From NCBI GenBank assembly GCA_965218295.1, contig CBDCKN010000011.1, positions 1 through 40,102 on the forward strand: 40,102 nucleotides of DNA, given 5' to 3'. Shown one piece after another: positions 18,355 through 27,621 of the stretch (its first letter is position 1; each line of letters begins with the position of its first letter). A program made the position numbers and the translations under genes. The notes beneath the pieces were generated by a model. It was not told the DNA's origin, did no database searches, and saw only the letters and a list, made by a program, of their open reading frames with translations. The DNA is from Longimicrobiales bacterium (GTDB taxonomy: Bacteria > Gemmatimonadota > Gemmatimonadetes > Longimicrobiales > Gaopeijiaceae).

Positions 18355-19202
18355 CATCGCTCACTTCGAGAACGCGGGTGCTGGCACTCCTGGGGGATCC
18401 AGTAGATCACTCACTCTCCCCGGTGATCCAAAACGCCGCATTCCGCGAGGCCGGAGTGGATGGCGTATACGTGGCCCTCCGGTGCGAGGCACCCGATTTG
18501 GTGGGCTTCATGCACGGCCTCGGGCGAGCGGGGGGAGGGGGAAACATCACCCTGCCACACAAGGAGAAGGCCGCTTCGTTCCTGGATGAGCGGTCCGAGG
18601 CGGTGAGGCGTACGGGGGCCTGCAACACCTTCTGGGGCAAAGACGGAAAGGTCTGCGGCGACAACACCGACGTCGAAGGCTTTCGCCGGGCGCTCTGGCA
18701 CTTCCTCGGAAGATCTTCCGAGGGATTCCGTGTGTTGCTCCTGGGGGCGGGCGGCGCGGCCCGGGCGGCCCTCGTGGCACTCCTGGACGACGGCGTCGAG
18801 GATGTGCTCCTACTGAATCGCACGACGGAGCGCGCACGGGCGGTTGCAAGACGGATCGGCGGAGAGAGGGTGCGGGTGGCCGAGGCTCCGCGAGCCATCC
18901 ACGACGGCCTCTTCGACCTAGTCGTGAATGCGACACGGTTGGGCCTTGCTCCCGGCGATAAGCTCCCGGTCGACCTGGACCGTCTGGCGAGGGCGGGTGC
19001 CGTCATGGATCTGGTGTACGGTCCGGACACCACTTCGTTCGTAGGATCGGCCCAGAGCCTCGGGATTCGAGCCGTGGACGGTGGGGAGATGCTCGTGCAA
19101 CAGGGAGCGGTGGCCTTCGAGAGGTGGTGGGGAGAACCCGGCCCCGTGGACGCCATGAGGCGTGCGCTGGCCGCCGCCAGGACGAGCCACTCACCGGTAT
19201 GA
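18351..19202 (+). CDS. aroE: Shikimate dehydrogenase
   Basis: GDPVDHSLSP, NITLPHK, GACNT, NTDVEGF, GAGGAARA, NRT, DLVY. Confidence 0.93.
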   Translation: MTSLTSRTRVLALLGDPVDHSLSPVIQNAAFREAGVDGVYVALRCEAPDLVGFMHGLGRAGGGGNITLPHKEKAASFLDERSEAVRRTGACNTFWGKDGKVCGDNTDVEGFRRALWHFLGRSSEGFRVLLLGAGGAARAALVALLDDGVEDVLLLNRTTERARAVARRIGGERVRVAEAPRAIHDGLFDLVVNATRLGLAPGDKLPVDLDRLARAGAVMDLVYGPDTTSFVGSAQSLGIRAVDGGEMLVQQGAVAFERWWGEPGPVDAMRRALAAARTSHSPV

Positions 19203-19942
19203 GCCACGGGAGTCTCGCTCGAGAGCTGCTCGACTTCTTTCTGCCCGCGGCCTGCCTGGGCTGTGGAGACCATCTTCCTGTGGAGCGCAGCTCGGAGCTG
19301 GTGTGCGGACGCTGCCGGACCCGGCTTCGGGAGCTGCCTTGGCCCCGCTGCGATCGGTGTGGCTATCCCCTCGGCTCGCGCGCCGTGCCGGGTCCGGTGT
19401 GCCTGGAGTGCCGCGCTTGGGGTGTGGAGCTGACGGGCGCGCGGTCGGCGGTGGTGCTCAGGTCCCCGGCCGACGATCTGGTCCATGGACGCAAGTACGG
19501 TGGTTGGGCCGAGCTGGCGGGCTTCATGGGCCGCCGGATGGCTCGGTGCGCGATACCTCCTCCCTTGTCCTCGGGCCCTTATCTCGTGGTCCCAGTCCCG
19601 ACGACCAGGCGACGGATGCGATCAAGGGGTTACAACCAGGCCCACCTCCTCGCTTCGGCGGTTTCCGAAGAGGTGGGCCGGCCCCTTCAGGAGGCCCTCG
19701 AAAGGCGCCATGGAGGCCCCACTCAGGTCGGGTTGCACCCGGCTCAGCGCCGGGCTAACGTCAAGAAGGCCTTTGCAGTCAGGGACGACGCCGTGGTGGT
19801 GCTTTCAGGCGCCCGGGTGCTGCTCGTAGATGACGTCTTGACCACCGGCTCCACCGCGGCGGCAGCGGCCCGAGGGCTCGTTCAGGCAGGCGCCGCGGAG
19901 GTCTTCCTGTCGACGTTTGCACGGGCCTGTCCCTATGTCTAG
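19199..19942 (+). CDS. comF: ComF family protein (double zinc ribbon + PRTase)
   Basis: CxxC clusters, VVPVP, RGYNQA, LLVDDVLTTGST. ATGA overlap. Confidence 0.9.
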   Translation: MSHGSLARELLDFFLPAACLGCGDHLPVERSSELVCGRCRTRLRELPWPRCDRCGYPLGSRAVPGPVCLECRAWGVELTGARSAVVLRSPADDLVHGRKYGGWAELAGFMGRRMARCAIPPPLSSGPYLVVPVPTTRRRMRSRGYNQAHLLASAVSEEVGRPLQEALERRHGGPTQVGLHPAQRRANVKKAFAVRDDAVVVLSGARVLLVDDVLTTGSTAAAAARGLVQAGAAEVFLSTFARACPYV

Positions 19943-21001
<1,059 letters not shown>

Positions 21002-21004
21002 CCG

Positions 21005-21256
21005 ATGGACTCCGAATCTCTGCCCGGGTCACCAGATCGACAGGGGGCCAAGGCGGCTGGCACCTCGGAGCCGTGGTTTTCGTACACGTGCCCCGTGTGC
21101 GGGCACCGCGACGGTGCCTCCCTGGATGTGGGTTCGGCTCGGCGTTTGAGCTGCGGGCATTGTGAGGCGGTTCTGGAGTTGAGTGCGAGCAGCTCCAGTC
21201 AGGAACAGGCTGCAGCAAGGGTTGTGGTAGACGACGGTGGAGGGGGAACTCACTAG
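21005..21256 (+). CDS. Small hypothetical zinc-ribbon-like protein
   Basis: 83 aa with CPVCG..CGHC. GGAGG upstream; fills the gap-pgk interval. Confidence 0.55.
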   Translation: MDSESLPGSPDRQGAKAAGTSEPWFSYTCPVCGHRDGASLDVGSARRLSCGHCEAVLELSASSSSQEQAAARVVVDDGGGGTH

Positions 21257-21284
21257 AAGGCTGTACTTCCTCAACAGGCCCCTA

Positions 21285-22499
21285 ATGGCCAAGAAGACCC
21301 TCCAAGACCTTCCTCTTGAATCGCTCGCGGGCCGCCTCGTGGTCGTCCGAGTCGACTACAATGTGCCTCTGGACGACGCCGGCCAGGTTACCGACCAGAC
21401 GCGCCTCCACCGGACGCTTCCCACTCTTCGCCACCTCGTCCAGGGCCGGGCGAGGGTCGTTCTTCTCTCGCACCTGGGGCGTCCGAAGGGGCGGCCCGAT
21501 GCGGCCCTGTCCCTTTGCGGAGTCGCCAAACGGCTAGAAGTACTGCTCGAGAGTCCGGTCCACTTCTGTCCCGCGACTACGGGTCCCGAAGCCCGTGAAG
21601 CGGTGGAGGCCTTGGAGGAGGGAGGCGTCCTGCTCCTGGAGAACACGCGCTTCTACGAGGGAGAGACATCCAACGAGCGAGCGTGGACTGAGGAGCTTCG
21701 GCACGGTGCCACCCTGTTTGTCAACGATGCCTTCGGAAGCGCCCACAGGGCCCATGCGTCGACCACGGGCATCGCAGACGCCGTTCGGGACGCCGGAGGC
21801 GAGGCCGTGGCGGGCTACCTCATGGAGAACGAGCTCCGCTTCCTGGGTGACGCCCTCGTCGAGCCCGAACGTCCCTTCGTGGCGGTCATCGGTGGGGCGA
21901 AGATCTCAGGGAAGATCGAGGTCATCGAGGCGCTTCTTCCGGCTGTGGATCGGCTGCTCATCGGTGGGGCAATGGCCAACACGTTCTTCCTGGCTCTTGG
22001 CCTCGAGGTGGGCCAGTCCCTAGTGGAGCCAGGCCAGATCGAGGTTGCCCGCGATCTGATGGCCGGGGCTGGCGACAAGATCCTGCTTCCCGTGGACGTC
22101 GTGACGGCCCTGGAGCTTACTGACGGGGCCGTGACGCGAGAGGTCCCTCGCACGGAAGTGAGGCCGGAGGAGCGGATCGGCGACATCGGCCCGGCGTCGA
22201 CTCGGCTCTTCGCCGAGGAGGTGGCCCGCGCCGGGACGGTGGTCTGGAACGGCCCCATGGGAATGTTCGAGGTGCCGGAGTTCGGTGTCGGGACGATCGC
22301 GCTGGCCGAGGTGGCCGCCCAGGCCGCCGACCGCGGGGCCACGGTGGTGCTCGGTGGGGGCGACTCGGCCGCGGCGGCCGAAGCCGCCGGTGTGGCTTCG
22401 CGGATGACGCACGTCTCCACCGGGGGAGGGGCGGCTCTCGACTTCCTGTCCGGCGCTGAGCTGCCGGGAATCGAGGCGCTGTCCGATCAGTCGGCGTGA
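21285..22499 (+). CDS. pgk: Phosphoglycerate kinase
   Basis: RVDYNVP, SHLGRPKG, LLENTRF, NDAFGSAHRAHAS, WNGPMG, GGGDS, HVSTGGGA. Confidence 0.97.
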   Translation: MAKKTLQDLPLESLAGRLVVVRVDYNVPLDDAGQVTDQTRLHRTLPTLRHLVQGRARVVLLSHLGRPKGRPDAALSLCGVAKRLEVLLESPVHFCPATTGPEAREAVEALEEGGVLLLENTRFYEGETSNERAWTEELRHGATLFVNDAFGSAHRAHASTTGIADAVRDAGGEAVAGYLMENELRFLGDALVEPERPFVAVIGGAKISGKIEVIEALLPAVDRLLIGGAMANTFFLALGLEVGQSLVEPGQIEVARDLMAGAGDKILLPVDVVTALELTDGAVTREVPRTEVRPEERIGDIGPASTRLFAEEVARAGTVVWNGPMGMFEVPEFGVGTIALAEVAAQAADRGATVVLGGGDSAAAAEAAGVASRMTHVSTGGGAALDFLSGAELPGIEALSDQSA

Positions 22500-22536
22500 C
22501 AGGCCGCAAGAATACAGGACACCAAGGGGAAGACCA

Positions 22537-23286
22537 GTGAGACCAACTGTAATCGCAGGCAATTGGAAGATGCATCACGGCCCCTCCGCCACGCGGGAGT
22601 TCTTCTACCAGTTCTCGCCCGAGCTCTCGGACCCAGAGCCCACGATTCTGATCTTCCCCCCTGCCATATCGCTGCTGGCCGCCGTCGAAGCCCGCAAGGG
22701 CCGGCCGGAGGTGGCCCTGGGGATCCAGAACATCCACTGGGAGCCCAAGGGAGCCTACACGGGAGAGCACTCGACCGGTATGGCCCTGTCCGCCGGGGCG
22801 CAGTACGCCCTCGTGGGTCACTCCGAGCGCAGACACGTTTTCGGCGAGACGGACGACGAGGTTCGGCAGAAGGTCTCTGCGGCGCTCGGGGAGGGGCTCA
22901 TTCCCGTGGTGTGCGTTGGAGAGACACTGGAAGAGCGCCAGGCGGGTCGTGTCGACGAGGTGATCGTCCGCCAACTGGACGCCGCTCTGGAAGGTCTCCC
23001 CGAGGGCGCGCCACGCTTCCTCCTGGCCTATGAGCCCGTATGGGCCATCGGTACGGGCGAGACCGCGACGTCGGCCGATGCCGCAGCCGCTCACGGGACT
23101 CTCCGGGAGCGTATGGCCGAGATGCTGGGGGCGGATCGAGCCGCCGAAGTGCCGATCCTCTACGGGGGCAGCGTCAAGCCCTCCAACGTGGCTGAGCTTC
23201 TGGCCGCCTCGGATGTAGATGGGGTCTTGGTAGGGGGTGCCAGCCTCGATGCGAAGTCCTTCGCCGTGATCGCTGAAGCCGGCTGA
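22537..23286 (+). CDS. tpiA: Triosephosphate isomerase
   Basis: AGNWKM, GHSERR, AYEPVWAIGTG, LYGGSV, LVGGASL. Confidence 0.97.
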   Translation: MRPTVIAGNWKMHHGPSATREFFYQFSPELSDPEPTILIFPPAISLLAAVEARKGRPEVALGIQNIHWEPKGAYTGEHSTGMALSAGAQYALVGHSERRHVFGETDDEVRQKVSAALGEGLIPVVCVGETLEERQAGRVDEVIVRQLDAALEGLPEGAPRFLLAYEPVWAIGTGETATSADAAAAHGTLRERMAEMLGADRAAEVPILYGGSVKPSNVAELLAASDVDGVLVGGASLDAKSFAVIAEAG

Positions 23287-23367
23287 CTGCAAGGGTTTTC
23301 GGGTTGACACATGGGGGCTTCTCGGCGAGTTTTATCCGCTGTTTCGCACCCTCTCAGCTAGACGATC

Positions 23368-23751
23368 ATGTTCGGTTTACTGCTTGCGCTCCTGGTACTC
23401 GACGGGATTCTCCTCAGCGTCGTGGTCCTCCTCCAGTCGGGGAAAGGCGGCGGTCTGGCGGCAATGGGTGGTGGTGCCGCCGCCACGGATGGAATCCTGG
23501 GTGGCCGGCAGGCCACGACCGTGTTGACCAGAGCCACGTGGACCACCGGATCCGTCTTCATGGCGTTGGCGTTGGTGCTGTCCATCATGTCGTCCCGAGC
23601 GCAGCTGCCCGAGTCGATTCTTCGTCAGGACGCTCAGCCCACGGCTCCTGCGGCGCAGCCGATCCTTCCCACCCTCGATCAGGGTGGACAAGGGGCGACC
23701 GAGACCGGTGAAGCCAACAACCCGACCGGCAACGACGAAGGCAACGACTGA
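23368..23751 (+). CDS. secG: Preprotein translocase subunit SecG
   Basis: VLLQSGKGGGL..LTRAT, two TM segments; follows tpiA. Confidence 0.9.
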   Translation: MFGLLLALLVLDGILLSVVVLLQSGKGGGLAAMGGGAAATDGILGGRQATTVLTRATWTTGSVFMALALVLSIMSSRAQLPESILRQDAQPTAPAAQPILPTLDQGGQGATETGEANNPTGNDEGND

Positions 23752-23793
23752 CCGTCTATCGTTCCTTGGGCCAGGAGGCCGGAGCGGCGATGC

Positions 23794-23977
23794 CAGTGTC
23801 CCGTTGCCAAAGTGTCTCGGTCAGTCGAGGGCACGGTGCATCCGTGGGCTCGGCGTTGGAACTCCTTACGACCACGCTTCGCGCGCTGCCCGCTTGCGTT
23901 ACGCCGCGTCGTCCCGCTTTGATCCCACGGCGCTCCGACCCTCTCGGTGACTCGCGAACTTCGGCAACGGAACACTA
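23794..23977. mobile_element. MITE-like palindromic repeat, copy 2 (longest, 184 bp, inverted relative to copies 3 and 4)
   Basis: Ends CAGTGTCCCGTTGCCAAAGT / ACTTCGGCAACGGAACACTA (17/20 inverted match). Internal blocks are homologous to 26579-26669 and 35450-35552. Confidence 0.75.
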
Positions 23978-23979
23978 GC

Positions 23980-25035
23980 ATGACGGCGAAGCGCGAGTCG
24001 GACACGGTCGTGACCACGGTCAAGCCGGAGCACGTAACGAAGACGGAACGCGGTGAGGCCGTGACTTTCCTCGAGGCCATCAGCGAGGGTCTCTTCGAGG
24101 AGATGGTCGCCGATGACACGGTCTTCCTCATCGGGGAGGACATCGGAGTCTACGGTGGCGCGTTCAAGGTCACGCGGGGCTTCCTGGACTATTTCGGGGA
24201 AAAGCGCGTCATCGATACCCCCATCGTCGAGGGCGGCTTCACGGGGGCGGCGGCCGGGGCGGCGCACATGGGGCTTCGACCGGTGGTGGAGATGCAGTTC
24301 ATGGACTTCATCTCGCCGGCATACGACGTCATTACGAACTACATCGCCACTTCTCTATACCGCGGAAGTGGGCCCTTACCGCTGGTCATTCGGGGGCCGG
24401 TGGGAGGTGGCAACCGTGGAGGACCGTTTCACTCGCAGAACGTCGAGATGGCCTTCTTCCACACGCCCGGCCTTAAGATCGTTTATCCGAGCACCGCCTA
24501 TGACGCCAAGGGTCTCATCAAGGCGGCGATCCGTGACGACAATCCGGTCATCTTCGAGGAGCACAAGGGTCTCTACCGAGCGCCCGGCCTCCGGGAGGTC
24601 CTTCCGCAGGAAGACTACATCGTGCCTCTCGGACAGGCTCGTACCGTGCGTGAGGGCAGTGATCTCACCATCGTCACCTACGGGATGATGGTGCAGCGGA
24701 GCACCGAGGCCGCCGAGGAGCTCGAGCTAGAGGACGGGGTGCGAGCCGAGATCCTGGACCTTCGGACTCTCCTCCCCATGGACGACGAGGCCATCATCGG
24801 GAGTGTCAAGAAGACCGGACGGCTTCTCGTCGTCCACGAGGATACGAGGACCGGCGGGATCGCCGGCGAGATAGCCATGAGAGTGAGCGAGAGCGCCTTT
24901 GAGTGGCTGGACGCGCCCATGCTCAGGGTGACGGCCATCGATTCGCCGGTGCCGTACTCCGGCGTGTTGGAGGATTACTTCCTGCCGCAGACTGAAGACA
25001 TCGTGACGGCCGCACGGTATCTCGTGAACTACTAA
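23980..25035 (+). CDS. 2-oxoacid dehydrogenase E1 beta subunit (PDH/BCKDH type)
   Basis: GEDIGVYGGAFKVT, DTPIVE, EMQFMDF, GGPFHSQ, DAKGL, DLRTLLP, LDAP. Confidence 0.93.
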   Translation: MTAKRESDTVVTTVKPEHVTKTERGEAVTFLEAISEGLFEEMVADDTVFLIGEDIGVYGGAFKVTRGFLDYFGEKRVIDTPIVEGGFTGAAAGAAHMGLRPVVEMQFMDFISPAYDVITNYIATSLYRGSGPLPLVIRGPVGGGNRGGPFHSQNVEMAFFHTPGLKIVYPSTAYDAKGLIKAAIRDDNPVIFEEHKGLYRAPGLREVLPQEDYIVPLGQARTVREGSDLTIVTYGMMVQRSTEAAEELELEDGVRAEILDLRTLLPMDDEAIIGSVKKTGRLLVVHEDTRTGGIAGEIAMRVSESAFEWLDAPMLRVTAIDSPVPYSGVLEDYFLPQTEDIVTAARYLVNY

Positions 25036-25078
25036 GAGCCCCTAACGTGGCTCGCCCCATTACCCGGACGGGCTCCTA
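25033..25078. repeat. Short TA-bounded inverted-repeat element overlapping the stop codon
   Basis: TAAGAGCCC...GGGCTCCTA (8/9 inverted match), 46 bp. Confidence 0.4.
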
Positions 25079-25174
25079 GGACATGACGGCGACCGTGGGA
25101 CCGCCCACCGATCCTCCGGGTACTCTGGGGTCGCCGATTCGGATTCGAGCAACAACAGATCTGGAGAGATCAGA

Positions 25175-26581
25175 GTGGCCCGCATCGAGGTTCCCATGCC
25201 CCAGATGGGTGAGTCCATCGCCGAGGGCACGGTATCGAAGTGGCTGAAGCAGGTTGGGGACAAGGTAGAGCGAGACGAGCCGATCCTGGAGATCTCCACC
25301 GACAAGGTGGACGCCGAGATCCCCTCCCCGCAGTCGGGGACCCTGGTGGAGGTCAGGATCCAGGAGGGGGAGACGGTTGAGGTGGGCACGATCGTAGCAT
25401 TCATCGACACGGAGGGTGGTGCTCCGGCCGTGGCCGAGCCAGCCGAGATGGCCGAAACAGCTCCAGCGGTGCCACCCATCGCCGATGAGCAAACACCGGC
25501 GCCAGTTGCTGAGCCCGCACCTACTCCGAGTGCTCCGGCTCCGTCCGAAGACGGGGCCCCCCAGTCGTCGGAGGACCGCTTGCGGACGAAGTCTACTCCG
25601 GTGGTTAGGCGCATCGCCGAGGAGCACGGAATCGCCATCCGTGACGTGCCGGGCACGGGCCACGCCGGCCGGGTCACCAAGCAGGACATCCTGAGCTTCA
25701 TTGAGGGCGGCGGAGCGGCGGCGCAGCCTACAGTCGCTCCGTCCACCGAACCAGCTCCGGCCGTCGCGCAGCCGGCTGCTCCGGCCCCCGCGGCGCAACC
25801 GGCGGCGGCAGCCCCTCCGTCCGACCTCTGGACCGCCTTCTACGGGGAGGTGCAGCACCCCGAGTTCCCGGTCCGCGAGGGCGACCAGGTGGAGCCCATG
25901 GACAAGATCCGTCGGCTCACGGCGGAGCACATGGTTCTGGCGAAGCGGGTGGCACCCCATGTGCACTCGTTCATCGAGATCGACTTCTCGCGCGTGGACC
26001 GCATCCGGGTGGCGAACAAGGCCAAGTGGGCGGAGCAGGGGGCCAGGGTCAGCTACACGGCCTTCGTGGCGTGGGCGTGCTCGCGCCTGCTGCGCAGCTT
26101 CCCGAACGTCAACGGCACGGTGTCAGGGAACAACATCATCCAGCGCGGCAACGTGAACATCGGTATGGCGGTGGATCTCGATCCCGGGCTCATCGTCCCG
26201 GTGATCCACGACACCGACGATCTCAGCCTGGCCGGCATCGGCAAGAAGATCATCGATCTTGCCGAGCGAGCACGCTCCAGGCAGCTCAACCCGTCTGAGA
26301 TTCAGGGTGCCACGTTCTCCATCACGAACCCGGGCGTCTTCGGCACTCTGGTCGGGATGCCTGTCATCCCGAAGGGTACCGCAGCGATCCTGGGCACGGG
26401 TGCTATCGAGAAGCGGCCCGTCGTGGTGGAGGATCCGGCCACGGGCACGGACGCTATCGCCATCCGGAAGCAGTCGCTCTTCTCCCTCGGGTACGATCAC
26501 CGAATCGTGGATGGCGCCAACGCCGCGAGGTTCCTCTCGGGACTCAAAGCGCTCCTGGAGGACTTCCCCGAGGACGCATAG
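25175..26581 (+). CDS. 2-oxoacid dehydrogenase E2 (dihydrolipoamide acyltransferase)
   Basis: One lipoyl domain (EISTDKVDAEIPSP), subunit-binding domain (TPVVRRIA..GTGHAGRVTKQD), catalytic DHRIVDG. Confidence 0.95.
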   Translation: MARIEVPMPQMGESIAEGTVSKWLKQVGDKVERDEPILEISTDKVDAEIPSPQSGTLVEVRIQEGETVEVGTIVAFIDTEGGAPAVAEPAEMAETAPAVPPIADEQTPAPVAEPAPTPSAPAPSEDGAPQSSEDRLRTKSTPVVRRIAEEHGIAIRDVPGTGHAGRVTKQDILSFIEGGGAAAQPTVAPSTEPAPAVAQPAAPAPAAQPAAAAPPSDLWTAFYGEVQHPEFPVREGDQVEPMDKIRRLTAEHMVLAKRVAPHVHSFIEIDFSRVDRIRVANKAKWAEQGARVSYTAFVAWACSRLLRSFPNVNGTVSGNNIIQRGNVNIGMAVDLDPGLIVPVIHDTDDLSLAGIGKKIIDLAERARSRQLNPSEIQGATFSITNPGVFGTLVGMPVIPKGTAAILGTGAIEKRPVVVEDPATGTDAIAIRKQSLFSLGYDHRIVDGANAARFLSGLKALLEDFPEDA

Positions 26582-26669
26582 TGTCCCGTTTCCGAAGTTC
26601 GGGAGCCACCAAGAGGGTCGGATGCACCGTGCCCTCGACTGGCCGCGCCACTTTTAAAGCGGGACACTA
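26579..26669. mobile_element. MITE-like palindromic repeat, copy 3 (91 bp)
   Basis: TAGTGTCCCGTTTCCGAAGT...ACTTTTAAAGCGGGACACTA (16/20 inverted match). Its first 3 nt are the E2 stop codon. Confidence 0.8.
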
Positions 26670-26676
26670 ACATCCG

Positions 26677-27390
26677 GTGTCGGACCCTCCATATCCGAGT
26701 GACTCGGCAGAGCTGGAGGTACAGAGCCTCGGCCTCGTCCCGTACGGGGAGGCCCTGAAGCTCCAGGCGGATCTGGTAGCGCGTCGGCGCGCCGGTGAGG
26801 TACCGGACCAGCTCCTCCTCCTGGAGCATCCCCACGTCATCACCCTCGGCACAGGATCTAATCCCGAGCACGTGCTGGCCGACGACGCACGCAGAACTCA
26901 GCTCGGCCTCGAGCTCTTCGAGGCGGGGCGGGGAGGTGACGTTACCTACCACGGTCCGGGCCAACTCGTGGGCTACCCCATCCTGGACCTCAAGCCCGAT
27001 CGCCAGGATCTGCTCGGCTACTTGAGAGACCTCGAGACCATGCTCATCGCCGCCTTGGAGGAGCTAGGGGTCCGTGGGGGGACGGTACCGGGGCTGACGG
27101 GTGTTTGGGTGGAGGATCGAAAAATCGCGGCCATCGGCGTCCGTGTGTCCAGCGGTTGGATCACCTCCCACGGCTTCGCACTGAACGTCGACAGCGACCT
27201 CTCCTACTACGAGACGATCGTTTCGTGTGGCATCGCGGACCGCTCGGTGACGTCACTCTCCAGAGAGCTCGGCCGGCCCATCGGAGTCGCAGAGGTCGTC
27301 CCTGTCGTCCGCGAGTCCTTCGCAAGTGCGTTTGAGCGCGAGATTGGTGTTGGCGGGCCAACAAATGAGCCTACCTCAGAGGCGGTCTGA
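26677..27390 (+). CDS. lipB: Lipoyl(octanoyl) transferase
   Basis: LLEHPHVITLG, RGGDVTYHGPGQLVGYPI, KIAAIG, HGFALNV, CG. Confidence 0.95.
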   Translation: MSDPPYPSDSAELEVQSLGLVPYGEALKLQADLVARRRAGEVPDQLLLLEHPHVITLGTGSNPEHVLADDARRTQLGLELFEAGRGGDVTYHGPGQLVGYPILDLKPDRQDLLGYLRDLETMLIAALEELGVRGGTVPGLTGVWVEDRKIAAIGVRVSSGWITSHGFALNVDSDLSYYETIVSCGIADRSVTSLSRELGRPIGVAEVVPVVRESFASAFEREIGVGGPTNEPTSEAV

Positions 27391-27519
27391 GGTCGCTCAA
27401 GGGGCTATTGTTTTGGAGATCCCAAGGGCGGATCTCGCCCGTCTTTCCTTGTGTGAGTAAGAGAAAACAATCTGTTTACGGGCCTCCGACGGAGGGGTCG
27501 AAACCGGTTTCCACGATCG

Positions 27520-27548
27520 CGTAACATTATGATCAACAACTTGTTACG
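27520..27548. promoter_or_regulatory. CGTAACA-N15-TGTTACG palindrome containing an IHF-like site
   Basis: GATCAACAACTTG (27531-27543) matches WATCAANNNNTTR except at the first base. It lies ~40 bp upstream of the -35 box. Confidence 0.45.
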
Positions 27549-27587
27549 GGATAATGCATGTTTTGTTGCGGACGACGCTCTAGAAGC

Positions 27588-27616
27588 TTGACGTGAGGGA
27601 GGAGCCCGCCCATACT
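27588..27616 (+). promoter_or_regulatory. Sigma70-type promoter
   Basis: TTGACG (27588-27593), 17-nt spacer, CATACT (27611-27616). Confidence 0.7.
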
Positions 27617-27621
27617 GTAGG

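Noticed and set aside
23752..23800. tRNA after secG
   Set aside because: No cloverleaf or TTCGA T-loop with a CCA end; the interval holds the repeat element instead.
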